Assembly (NCBI GenBank): GCA_036170475.1
Contig: JAVHPE010000161.1
Location: forward strand, 5,559-69,558
DNA length: 64,000 nt
Direction of reading: 5' to 3'
Source: Bacteroidia bacterium
GTDB lineage: Bacteria; Bacteroidota; Bacteroidia; 2-12-FULL-35-15
Part shown: piece after piece, positions 9,188 to 18,091 of the stretch
Numbering within the stretch: the stretch's first letter is position 1
Layout of the letters: every line of letters starts with the position of its first letter
The notes under the pieces: generated by a model
Databases searched by the model: none
What the model saw: only the letters and a program-made list of their open reading frames with translations
What the model was told of the DNA's origin: nothing
Made by a program: the position numbers and the translations under genes

Positions 9188-10456
9188 ATGAAACACTTAT
9201 TACTATTCCTTTCCCTTTTATTTATCTCCACTTTATCACAAGCGGCATATATTTTAATTCCTATGGATCTGAGTCAAAAAGATCACCTGAAAGCCTATGG
9301 AATAGCTTATTGGGTGCTTAAGCAAGATATAGAAGTAGATTGGTTGTTAAATTACCGTGGCGGTAGTTTTATGTTTAAAGACGCAAAAGAAATTGAAAAT
9401 GAATGTACTATTCGTGGTGTTACTTTTGAAGTGATTGCGGATTCCAGATCAACCTCCATACTTACCGAAATTTCAAATCCGGAAGTAAATATGGAAACTG
9501 TGAAACTCGAAAAGGCGCCCAAAGTGGCTGTGTATTCACCTAAAACAAAGCAACCCTGGGATGATGCTGTAACATTGGTACTTAAGTATGCCGAAATTCC
9601 TTATGATGTTGTTTATGATGATGAAATATTAAAAGACAAACTCCCCTTATATGATTGGCTTCACCTTCATCACGAAGATTTTACAGGGCAATATGGGCGT
9701 TTTTGGGCGATGTACCGCAATGCTGCGTGGTATCAAGAACAACAAAGAGTTTTAGAAGCAAGTGCTAAGTCTTTAGGCTTCGCAAAAGTTTCGCAAATGA
9801 AATTGGCTGTAGCAAAAAAAATACGTGATTTTACTTCGGGTGGTGGCTTTTTATTTGCTATGTGTTCAGCTCCGGATTCGTATGATATTGCCTTAGCGGC
9901 TGAAGGTTTGGATATTTGTGAAAACATGTTTGACGGTGATGGAACTACTCCAAATTATAATTCAAAACTCGATTTTTCAAAAACATTTGCATTCACTAAT
10001 TTTACGCTAAGTACCAATCCTAATGAGTACGCAAAATCTACTATTGATACCTACCTTACCCGCAAACAAAAATATGGAATAACAAGAGCAAATGATTTGT
10101 TTACACTATTTGATTTTTCAGCAAAATGGGATGTAGTTCCGACCATGCTTTGTCAAAACCACGAACAAATTATTAAAGGCTTCTGGGGACAAACCTGCGG
10201 GTTTGATAAATCAACTATTAAACCAAATGTATTGATATTAGGAGAAAACAAAGCGGCAAATGAAGCCCGGTACATTCATGGCGAGTATGGCAAAGGAACT
10301 TATACTTTTTACAGCGGACACGATCCGGAAGATTACGAGCATCGTGTTGAAGATCCTCCTACTGATTTAAGTCTGCATCCTAACTCTCCCGGCTACCGTT
10401 TAATTCTGAATAATATTCTTTTCCCCGCTGCGAAAAAGAAAAAGCAAAAGACGTAA
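9188..10456 (+). CDS. Conserved secreted protein of unknown function (a family sometimes auto-annotated 'asparagine synthetase B' next to dnaB in Bacteroidota, from memory)
   Basis: ATG 9188 gives a signal peptide MKHLLLFLSLLFISTLSQA. The 9089 start would overlap dnaB and adds a non-signal extension. Confidence 0.55.
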   Translation: MKHLLLFLSLLFISTLSQAAYILIPMDLSQKDHLKAYGIAYWVLKQDIEVDWLLNYRGGSFMFKDAKEIENECTIRGVTFEVIADSRSTSILTEISNPEVNMETVKLEKAPKVAVYSPKTKQPWDDAVTLVLKYAEIPYDVVYDDEILKDKLPLYDWLHLHHEDFTGQYGRFWAMYRNAAWYQEQQRVLEASAKSLGFAKVSQMKLAVAKKIRDFTSGGGFLFAMCSAPDSYDIALAAEGLDICENMFDGDGTTPNYNSKLDFSKTFAFTNFTLSTNPNEYAKSTIDTYLTRKQKYGITRANDLFTLFDFSAKWDVVPTMLCQNHEQIIKGFWGQTCGFDKSTIKPNVLILGENKAANEARYIHGEYGKGTYTFYSGHDPEDYEHRVEDPPTDLSLHPNSPGYRLILNNILFPAAKKKKQKT

Positions 10457-10463
10457 ACGAAGC

Positions 10464-10489
10464 CCCTTCTATACCTCTCCGAAGAAGGG
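10464..10489. terminator. Hairpin between convergent genes (cccttct-N12-agaaggg)
   Basis: 7-bp stem seen directly. No clear U-tract. Belongs to the CCTCTCC-containing mini-palindrome family. Confidence 0.3.
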
Positions 10490-10496
10490 AGGCTGA

Positions 10497-13070
10497 TTAT
10501 TTCAGTATTTCCAATGCTTCCGGAATGGAGATATATTCATTATTAAATGTTGCTACTACAAAAGCATCTGTAAGTCCGTACGTTTTAATAATAACATTCT
10601 TTAAATCTTCCGCTTCCTTATAACTGTTGAATAAACCAACCACATAACGTGTTAATCCACTCGAAGTCTTTTCTCCATTCAGGTCTTTTAGTTTTGCAAA
10701 AATGGCTAACTTATTATCAGGTGGTTGTTTTTTAAAAACACCAATTTGGACTTTAAATTTTACCAGCTTTTTATTAACTCCGCTAACTGCAGTATTATCA
10801 GCAGTTTCTGTAATGTTATCTTTATTTGCAAGCGTGGCGCCAGCTTCTTTCAGGGTAATGCGCTTACCATCTTTATAGGCTGTTATAAAAGCGCCGGGGT
10901 AACCACTTAACAACATATCTGTTTTAAGCTTAGCGGCAGGTTCCATAGAGGTAAACGATCCTGTCATATATTTATATAAGCCATCATCCGTTCGTATCTC
11001 AATTAAATCATTGATATCCCTAAATACCGCTTTTGAAAGGCGCTTTTTGTATGCTCCTAACTGAACGCGCAACACAATACCCGGCGTTGTAAAAACAGGG
11101 CTATTGCTGCTAATGTTTTTATTATTTGCCTGATTATTGGCTGTTACAGTATTGTTAGAATTTGTATTATTCTTAGCACTAGTGTTGTTCGCTTTATAAT
11201 TATTATTAGCAATATTAGAGGCAATATTTTTATTATTAGCGGTATTAAATGCGATATTATTAGGATAAATCTCTTCCACTTTATCTCCTTTATCCGTAAC
11301 TAAAAATACTTTTTTAAACTTTTTTAATTGGGTATCCTGTTCGTCAAGAGCTACTAACACAAATTGATCTGGCTTTAGCAGTGTAAAATGAAACGCGCCC
11401 GTTTCATCTGTTGTAGTAGTTTGTAATATCTGACCTTTTTCACTCATTAAATTCACTTTGGAATTTGCAAGCGGAGTTTTATCACTTCCGACCAGTTTCC
11501 CTGTAAAATCTTTACTTGATCCATTATCATTTGATACAGCAATGCTTGCAGGAGTCGCATCATAATACTTTGAATTCAACTTATATACCACTTTTGCATC
11601 CGCTAAACCATCTTTGATGAGTTCTTGTCTGCGTTTTTCAGCATCCTCATAATTAGTAAATTTCCCCGCGGTATAAATAGTAGAGGAATCACCTGTATTG
11701 GCGCTTGAAATATCATTAATGCTCAAAAATTTTGTCATTAAATTAGCCGGTAGTCCTTTTTTAAATGTTCCTAATTCAACGGCATATTCTTTTTGTTTCG
11801 ATTTGTTATATGCAGGGTCGCGGTTGTCAACTAACCCGAAATCTCCTGTTGAATCCATGTAAAGATTATACTGATATGCGATAAGTGAATCGGTTAATTG
11901 CAGACCTCTTGTATTTACAACAGCATTTTTAGGGGATTTAAGCTCATCATCTCTATAATTTGGGATTCCATCCTGATCATCATCTTTCGGACAGCCATTC
12001 ACATCTACTGGCACTCCGGGAGGCGTTCCTGCGCATAAGTCATTCCAATCAATAACACCATCTTTGTCATAGTCATCTTTTTCAAGAGCTGCAAAGTCAA
12101 CATCATTATAATTGTTTTCCAATTTTTTAGTTGCTTTTTTCTTTTCTCTTGCCTTTGTTTCCAGATTATAATGCAAAGAAAAAGAGGTCATCATAAAATT
12201 ATCATTCCTGCTGTTTCCCTTACGATTGCCTGTACTTTTTTCTGTAACGCCATCAATATAATCGGTAAAAGAAAAGTGCATTGTCGCGCCCATTTTAAAA
12301 TCGAAAAAGTCATTTATTTTAAGAACAACACCCGCTCCAACAGGTATTGCGAAAGAGCGTTCAGGATATTTTCCAAAATTATCCAGGTTCATTTCGCGTA
12401 TATCCGATTCATACGTATAATCGCGCTTTATTTCTATCGCAAGACCAGCGTCAGTTGCCTGCTCATCTTTATCCCGTATTGTTCCATCAGCCCAGTAATA
12501 ATATGTTTTACCATTTTTGTCTTTCCTGTCTATTTTTGACAGGAACTCAAAAGATTCGAATCCTAAGGAAACATAAGGGCTTATGGTACGTTTTGGAGGC
12601 AGGAGATTATCAAAATTATATTCTAAATTAATACCCCCAACACGAATTTGTGATTCAAAATTGAGGTTACGATTATTGGGTGCAAATCGTTCGTTTGCGC
12701 CCAGTTTCCCAAATATCACATGAAAACTTAATAATAAATAATCCTGAATGGGTTGTGAAACGCTTAAATCAAAAGCTAAGCGGCTAACCATAGGTGCCTG
12801 AAAGTGCTTATTGTATAAATCGCCGTAAAAGGAGAACATGCCTGTTCCTAAACCTATGGTAGGAGTGACAATTAATTCTGGGGAAGGTTGTTTTTTTATT
12901 GAATCTGATTTGACAAAATCTGTTGATTTATTTGATTTAGTGTTTGAACCATTATCATCCGTCAATTTCAAACTATTATCGCCCTTTTCAATAGGAACGG
13001 TTTGAGCGTACGAAAAATAAGTTATCAATAAAAAAACTAAAATGTACTTAAATTTGTGAATCATAAACAC
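10497..13070 (-). CDS. Large envelope protein: signal peptide, OM beta-barrel-like domain, TSP type-3 repeats, SPOR-like domain, CarboxypepD_reg-like Ig domain, Asn-rich linker, two more SPOR-like domains
   Basis: The N-terminal domain is homologous to the three paralogues downstream (FGKL, NFESQI, KNGKTYYYWADGTIRD, RDYTYE, FAIPVGAGV). TSP3 is DKDGVIDWNDLCAGTPPGVPVDVNGCPKDDDQDGIPNYRDDE. SPOR-like segments are LRVQLGAYKK...AFITAYKDGKRI and FKVQIGVFKK...AFVVATFNNEYI. Confidence 0.7.
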   Translation of the reverse strand: MFMIHKFKYILVFLLITYFSYAQTVPIEKGDNSLKLTDDNGSNTKSNKSTDFVKSDSIKKQPSPELIVTPTIGLGTGMFSFYGDLYNKHFQAPMVSRLAFDLSVSQPIQDYLLLSFHVIFGKLGANERFAPNNRNLNFESQIRVGGINLEYNFDNLLPPKRTISPYVSLGFESFEFLSKIDRKDKNGKTYYYWADGTIRDKDEQATDAGLAIEIKRDYTYESDIREMNLDNFGKYPERSFAIPVGAGVVLKINDFFDFKMGATMHFSFTDYIDGVTEKSTGNRKGNSRNDNFMMTSFSLHYNLETKAREKKKATKKLENNYNDVDFAALEKDDYDKDGVIDWNDLCAGTPPGVPVDVNGCPKDDDQDGIPNYRDDELKSPKNAVVNTRGLQLTDSLIAYQYNLYMDSTGDFGLVDNRDPAYNKSKQKEYAVELGTFKKGLPANLMTKFLSINDISSANTGDSSTIYTAGKFTNYEDAEKRRQELIKDGLADAKVVYKLNSKYYDATPASIAVSNDNGSSKDFTGKLVGSDKTPLANSKVNLMSEKGQILQTTTTDETGAFHFTLLKPDQFVLVALDEQDTQLKKFKKVFLVTDKGDKVEEIYPNNIAFNTANNKNIASNIANNNYKANNTSAKNNTNSNNTVTANNQANNKNISSNSPVFTTPGIVLRVQLGAYKKRLSKAVFRDINDLIEIRTDDGLYKYMTGSFTSMEPAAKLKTDMLLSGYPGAFITAYKDGKRITLKEAGATLANKDNITETADNTAVSGVNKKLVKFKVQIGVFKKQPPDNKLAIFAKLKDLNGEKTSSGLTRYVVGLFNSYKEAEDLKNVIIKTYGLTDAFVVATFNNEYISIPEALEILK

Positions 13071-13162
13071 AAATGTAATAAATCAATTTGATAATTTGAT
13101 ATTTTGGTAATTTGAAAGCAAACTTAATTAATTTTCAAATTTGTACAGTATCAAATTACAAA

Positions 13163-14449
13163 TTATCTATACCATTTTTGGCTGCTTGCCATCAATGCAT
13201 CCTGAACAGTAATGCGTCTTCCTTTACTATAGGCAGTAACAAATGGTACTGTATTTAAAGTTGAAGCTTTAGGTCTGAATGTTTCGCGGGCATCACGTGC
13301 CTCTTTATATTCATTGTGTGATCCAACAAGGTATTTTCTAAATCCCTGTTCACTTACAAGATTAATTGATGAAGCACTCAGGTTATAAAGATTGGCAACG
13401 GCATCGGCACTTTTGCCTTTGTGTAACGCTAATATTTGCACATGATAGACAATATTTCCTTGAGGAGGAGCAATGTGGGTTGCTTTAATAGTTGGATCCT
13501 CTTTAACAATTGGATCCTCCTTCACTATTGGGTCTTCCTTTACTTTTGGATCCACTTTTGCTACAGCACCATCATCGCTAATAGTTATTGTGCTTGTAGC
13601 AACAGGACTTTTTTGGGTTTGATCATTTTCAATGTAAGAGAACATTCCATCAATAACCTGATCGCCGCTTACATTCTCCACCTTTACTTTATAAGATATT
13701 TTAAACTCGGGTGTTGCCGGCAGCGAAACCCAAATATATCTTACTTTTTGATCTGCAAAAGAAAAAGAAGCACCAGCTGATTCTAAGGCTGTTGCAGTAA
13801 ATCCATAAGGCAATACCTCCATTAGTTTTGCGAAACCAGATAAATTCGCTTTTTTCACAGTAAGTTCAACGGTAAATTCACCGGAGGCAGTACCTGGAAC
13901 TGTTCGCACACAGCTAAAAGGTGATGCGTCTGTTTTTGTGGTGTTTGTTGTAGTTGGGGCATTATTTGCCGGAGGAGTTTTATCAGCGTCTGTATCCGCA
14001 TCATTGCTGGCAACAGCGCCATCACCACCAATATTAATGGTAGCCGCTTCTATATCATACGATTGTTTCGCATTATCAGTAACATAAGAAAATTTTCCCG
14101 CAATAGTTTGTTCTCCGCTGATTCCGGCAGCTACTTTTACTTTATAGGATACTTTAAATTCAGGATCATTCGGCAATGACATCCATATAAATTTTACCGT
14201 TTGAGTGCTGAAAGAAAATGAAGCTCCGTTATTTTTATCTTCTACAGCTGTAAAACCGGCAGGAAGCTCTTGTTGAAGTTTAGCAAAGCCAACAGTAGCA
14301 CCTTTTTTTATGGTTAACTCCACGGTAAATTCACTTTCAGCTTTTGCTGATGAAGGCACATTCTGTGTTACAGTAACTGCTTCAGTAAATAAAAACTGGT
14401 ATATCAACAATGCAAGAGTGTTGAATAGTAGAATTGCGAATTTTAACAT
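13163..14449 (-). CDS. Secreted protein with two internal ~115-aa Ig-like repeats, a KEDPIV tandem repeat and a C-terminal SPOR domain
   Basis: Repeat 1 (EFTVELTIKKGATVGFAKLQQELPAGFTA...KFIWMSLPNDPEFKVSYKVKV) is paralogous to repeat 2 (EFTVELTVKKANLSGFAKLMEVLPYGFTA...RYIWVSLPATPEFKISYKVKV). SPOR-like segment is YHVQILALHKGKS...PFVTAYSKGRRI. Confidence 0.7.
   Translation of the reverse strand: MLKFAILLFNTLALLIYQFLFTEAVTVTQNVPSSAKAESEFTVELTIKKGATVGFAKLQQELPAGFTAVEDKNNGASFSFSTQTVKFIWMSLPNDPEFKVSYKVKVAAGISGEQTIAGKFSYVTDNAKQSYDIEAATINIGGDGAVASNDADTDADKTPPANNAPTTTNTTKTDASPFSCVRTVPGTASGEFTVELTVKKANLSGFAKLMEVLPYGFTATALESAGASFSFADQKVRYIWVSLPATPEFKISYKVKVENVSGDQVIDGMFSYIENDQTQKSPVATSTITISDDGAVAKVDPKVKEDPIVKEDPIVKEDPTIKATHIAPPQGNIVYHVQILALHKGKSADAVANLYNLSASSINLVSEQGFRKYLVGSHNEYKEARDARETFRPKASTLNTVPFVTAYSKGRRITVQDALMASSQKWYR
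13491..13556. repeat. 18-nt in-frame tandem repeat (about 4 units; VDPKVK/EDPIVK/EDPIVK/EDPTIK)
   Basis: ttggatcctc-type units seen directly, inside the 13163-14449 CDS. Confidence 0.6.
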
Positions 14450-14561
14450 AGATTCATGGTATTAATTTAACAATTTATTAATTAAAATAATTTACTAGTT
14501 TGTTAATCACGGGCTAAACATTTTCAAATTGCCCCCATTTCAAGTTAGCACATTATTTATT

Positions 14562-15857
14562 TTATTGGTCAAAGAAAAAATCAATTAAGTCATTTAATTT
14601 TTCAACGGTAAAATCTGAATCACCTTCAAAAAATGCGTCAATAGCTTTCGCTATTTCGTCCGTTGAAATAGAACCGTCATTGTTTATATCCGCTGATTTT
14701 AATGCAAAAGGAATACCACCAGTACCTTTCCCTTTTGGTTTAAACTTCGATTCTACTTCTTTTAAATATTTTAAACTTGGATTTTCATTGAATAAGTTGC
14801 TACGTTCAGTTGCCTGTGCACTAAACTCTAATTGCTTGTCTGAAATCATTTTTTCAGTTTGTGTAACCCCATTTGCATCAACAAGTGCTCCTTTTTTAGT
14901 GAGAGGTTCTTTGTCAAGATAATCTGGAACACCATCTTCATCTCCGTCTTCAGGACATCCATTAGGAGTTACTTTTGTACCTTTAGGCGTTCCGGGGCAA
15001 ACATCATCACCGTCTTTTACCCCGTCTTCATCCGTATCTAAATTATCAATAGATGAAAAATCTACCGTTTCATAAACAGGGTTACTATCATCGTACGGTT
15101 TACCAAAGTTGTACTGAAATGCTACATTGGCATAAATATAGCGGTCATTTGTTCCCACTTTACAGTTGTCTATCCAATCAGTCATTGTAAAATAATAAGA
15201 GGCGCTCAGATCAATATAAAGATTATCAATTATTTTAAAATTCACGCCAAGTCCAACAGGGACGGCAAACGTATTGCGGGGATAATTAACCACAGAATCT
15301 TTTAACTGTGTTTCATACGTATAATCGCGTTGAATAACTTTCCCTCCGAATGTGCTATCAGGTAAATCCCGGATAGTTCCATCCGTCCAGTAATTATATT
15401 TTATTCCATTTTTATCAGTTAAATCGCTATAAGAATCAAATTTTAAATATCCAAAACCTACAAATAAATAGGGTGCAAAAACGCTGGAACGTTTAAAAAG
15501 AAAATCATTATCAAGATGCAATACCAGATTCAAATCCATCTGAGTTATTTTTGATTGAAAGTTAATGTTCCGTTTTACACCGTTTTCGCTATCCGCTAAT
15601 TTCCCAAAGAGGGCGTTAACCGATACACCTATAACACTACCAATACGTTGTTCAATAGTAAGATTATATCCTCCTTTTATCCTGCTTAATGAAGTTAAAT
15701 TTACCCCATTCCCCATATCGCCATCAAATGAAAGAACCCCTGTTCCTAATGCTAATGAAGGAAGCTGTTTTGTTTTTTTTGCTTTTTCATTTTGTGAATT
15801 GATTATTCCAACTAAAGCAAAAAATAAAAACAGGGTTAGTAAAATTTTTTTTATCAT
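14562..15857 (-). CDS. Barrel-TSP3-EF-hand outer-membrane protein, paralogue 1
   Basis: Signal peptide, beta-barrel-like N-domain, TSP3 (DTDEDGVKDGDDVCPGTPKGTKVTPNGCPEDGDEDGVPDYLDKEP), EF-hand loop DINNDGSISTDE, and tail LIDFFFDQ. Confidence 0.75.
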   Translation of the reverse strand: MIKKILLTLFLFFALVGIINSQNEKAKKTKQLPSLALGTGVLSFDGDMGNGVNLTSLSRIKGGYNLTIEQRIGSVIGVSVNALFGKLADSENGVKRNINFQSKITQMDLNLVLHLDNDFLFKRSSVFAPYLFVGFGYLKFDSYSDLTDKNGIKYNYWTDGTIRDLPDSTFGGKVIQRDYTYETQLKDSVVNYPRNTFAVPVGLGVNFKIIDNLYIDLSASYYFTMTDWIDNCKVGTNDRYIYANVAFQYNFGKPYDDSNPVYETVDFSSIDNLDTDEDGVKDGDDVCPGTPKGTKVTPNGCPEDGDEDGVPDYLDKEPLTKKGALVDANGVTQTEKMISDKQLEFSAQATERSNLFNENPSLKYLKEVESKFKPKGKGTGGIPFALKSADINNDGSISTDEIAKAIDAFFEGDSDFTVEKLNDLIDFFFDQ

Positions 15858-16358
15858 TTTGTTTAAATTAATGGTTGCTAGTGTTTTTTCAAAAAAACAT
15901 TAATAACTCATTTAAATTATCTTGAGCAAAACTATTCTATTTGATTTCTATTTTTAAGGTGTTTGTTTTGTAATTGTAAACAGGGTTTTGTTAATAACCG
16001 TTTATTTGAGGGAGAAAAAAAACAAAAGTACCTGCAATTATATAAACCATCACAACCTTGCAATGTCCTATAAAATCAAATACTTTAGGGGGATGTAAAT
16101 TAATTGTTTATTGGGGAGAATTAGTGTAAATAACTAATTCGAAAATTGATTAAATAATTTGCTAAAAATAATTTCAGGCAATTTGTAAATGCTTCTATTA
16201 TTTATTGATTTTCAGATACAGTTCGCATATATTTTTTTCTCTTATAGAATTGCGATAAACGAGGAATTTTTTTCAACAAGCCAAACCTGAAAAAAGATAA
16301 TCGGCAAAAACCCATGTTAACTGCCGTAAACGATGATTAACAAATCAGAAATGATTAT

Positions 16359-16470
16359 TAGAGTTTATATAAGTTAAGATACTATTCTATTTTTCGTAAC
16401 CTCTCCCCGTCCCTCTCCTTGAAAAAGGAGAGGGAGAGTTTGGAATCTGCCTTAACTTATATAAACTCTA
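16359..16470. repeat. Nested palindromic element, copy A (20-bp outer arms + GC-rich inner hairpin)
   Basis: Outer arms tagagtttatataagttaag (16359-16378) and cttaacttatataaactcta (16451-16470) are perfect. Inner stem is tccctctcctt-gaaa-aaggagaggga (16410-16435). It abuts the stop codon of paralogue 2. Confidence 0.8.
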
Positions 16471-17766
16471 TTATTGGTCAAAGAAAAAATCTATTAATTC
16501 ATTTAATTTTTCAACCGTTGAACCACCTTCAAAAAAACCGTCAATGGCAACCACCAACTCTTCAGCAGATATATATCCATCATTATTTAAGTCGCCATAT
16601 TTCAATGAGTTGGGAATAGTGTTAGCGCCTTTAGGATTATTTTTGCGTGCACTTATTGTTTGAGCTTCTATCTCTTTTAAATTTTTTAAACTAGGATTTT
16701 CATTAAATAAATTGCTACGTTCAGTAGCTGCAGCGCTAAATTCTTGTTGACTCTCTGATATCATTTTTTCAGTGAGGGTCACACCATTTGCATCCACATT
16801 TGCACCTGGTTTTGACTGAGGTTCTTCATCGAGATAATTGGGAACACCATCATCGTCGGAATCTACAGGACAACCATTCAGGGTTACTTTCACATTTTGG
16901 GGCGTTCCCGGGCAAACATCCATATCATCTTTTACACCATCCTGATCTGTATCCAGCTTATCAAGTGCAGAAAAATCAACGCTTTTATAAATCGGATTAC
17001 TCTCATCAAAAGGATCGCCGAGGTTAATTTGAAACGCTAAATTGATAAAAATAAAATGGTCTTTTCTCCCGGTTTTAAAGTTGTCTATCCAATCGGTTGT
17101 AGTGAAATAATAGGAGGCACCAAGATTAATATAGACCTTATCTATAATTTTAATACTCACGCCTATGCCTATTGGAAATGACAGTGCGCTATTTTTATAT
17201 TTAGCGCTATCGTTTAATTTTGTTTCATACGTGTAATCTCTTCTTAAAATTTTTGATCCCAGAGAGTCTTCAGGTACACTACGAATAGTTCCATCTGACC
17301 AATAATTATATTTTATCCCATCTTTATTTTTTAAATCCCCATAAGAATTAAATTTTAAAAATCCAAAACCTGTATATACATAAGGGGCAAAAATAAAGGA
17401 ACGCTTGAATGATACACCATTATCAAGATGAAATACAATATTCAAATCGGACTGAAATATTTTTGATTCAAAGTTTAAGTTTCGCTTTGCTCCCCGCTCG
17501 CTGTCGGCAATTTTCCCATAAATTTCATTGAACGAAATTCCAACAAATTGTCCAAAACGTTGTTCGATGGTTAGATTAAATGCCCCTTTTACTTTGCTTA
17601 ATGAAGTTAAATCTAATCCGTTTCCTATATCTCCATCAAATGAAAGCACTCCTCTTCCGAGGACTACATTAGGGAACTGTTTTTCCTTCATATACAATCG
17701 TTGCGAATAAACCATTCCAACGATAGAAAATAATAGAATTATTGATAGTAAAATTTTCTTTTTCAT
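16471..17766 (-). CDS. Barrel-TSP3-EF-hand outer-membrane protein, paralogue 2
   Basis: Same architecture as paralogue 1. EF-hand loop DLNNDGYISAEE and tail LIDFFFDQ. Confidence 0.75.
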   Translation of the reverse strand: MKKKILLSIILLFSIVGMVYSQRLYMKEKQFPNVVLGRGVLSFDGDIGNGLDLTSLSKVKGAFNLTIEQRFGQFVGISFNEIYGKIADSERGAKRNLNFESKIFQSDLNIVFHLDNGVSFKRSFIFAPYVYTGFGFLKFNSYGDLKNKDGIKYNYWSDGTIRSVPEDSLGSKILRRDYTYETKLNDSAKYKNSALSFPIGIGVSIKIIDKVYINLGASYYFTTTDWIDNFKTGRKDHFIFINLAFQINLGDPFDESNPIYKSVDFSALDKLDTDQDGVKDDMDVCPGTPQNVKVTLNGCPVDSDDDGVPNYLDEEPQSKPGANVDANGVTLTEKMISESQQEFSAAATERSNLFNENPSLKNLKEIEAQTISARKNNPKGANTIPNSLKYGDLNNDGYISAEELVVAIDGFFEGGSTVEKLNELIDFFFDQ

Positions 17767-17980
17767 CTTATTAAATTAGATTCAACCAAAACCTTCTACC
17801 TTAAGCCTCCAAGACAAACATAGGATTAGTAAGCCTCTCAGCAAGATAAATTGTAAGTGATTTAGCCGAAGAACTTTCCCCCTCCCCTTACCAACTCTTC
17901 CGGAAAAAATATTTTTATCTGTTGGAAGGAAAGCGGTAGTACTTTCTTAGAAACTAAGAGCGGTTTTATTAATTGATTAT

Positions 17981-18091
17981 TAGAGTTTATATAAGTTAAG
18001 AAACAATTCTGTTTTTTTAACCTCTCCCCTCCCCTCTCCTTGAAAAAGGAGAGGGAGAGTTTGGAATCAGCCTTAACTTATATAAACTCTA
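17981..18091. repeat. Nested palindromic element, copy B
   Basis: Identical 20-bp arms (17981-18000 and 18072-18091) and a near-identical inner hairpin. The TAG stop of paralogue 3 (18089-18091) lies inside the right arm. Confidence 0.8.

Noticed and set aside
16419-16619. Duplicated small ORFs beginning MKKERESLESALTYINS (also 18040-18255)
   Set aside because: They start inside the nested palindromic repeat and continue antisense to the paralogue genes. Their duplication is explained by the repeat itself.
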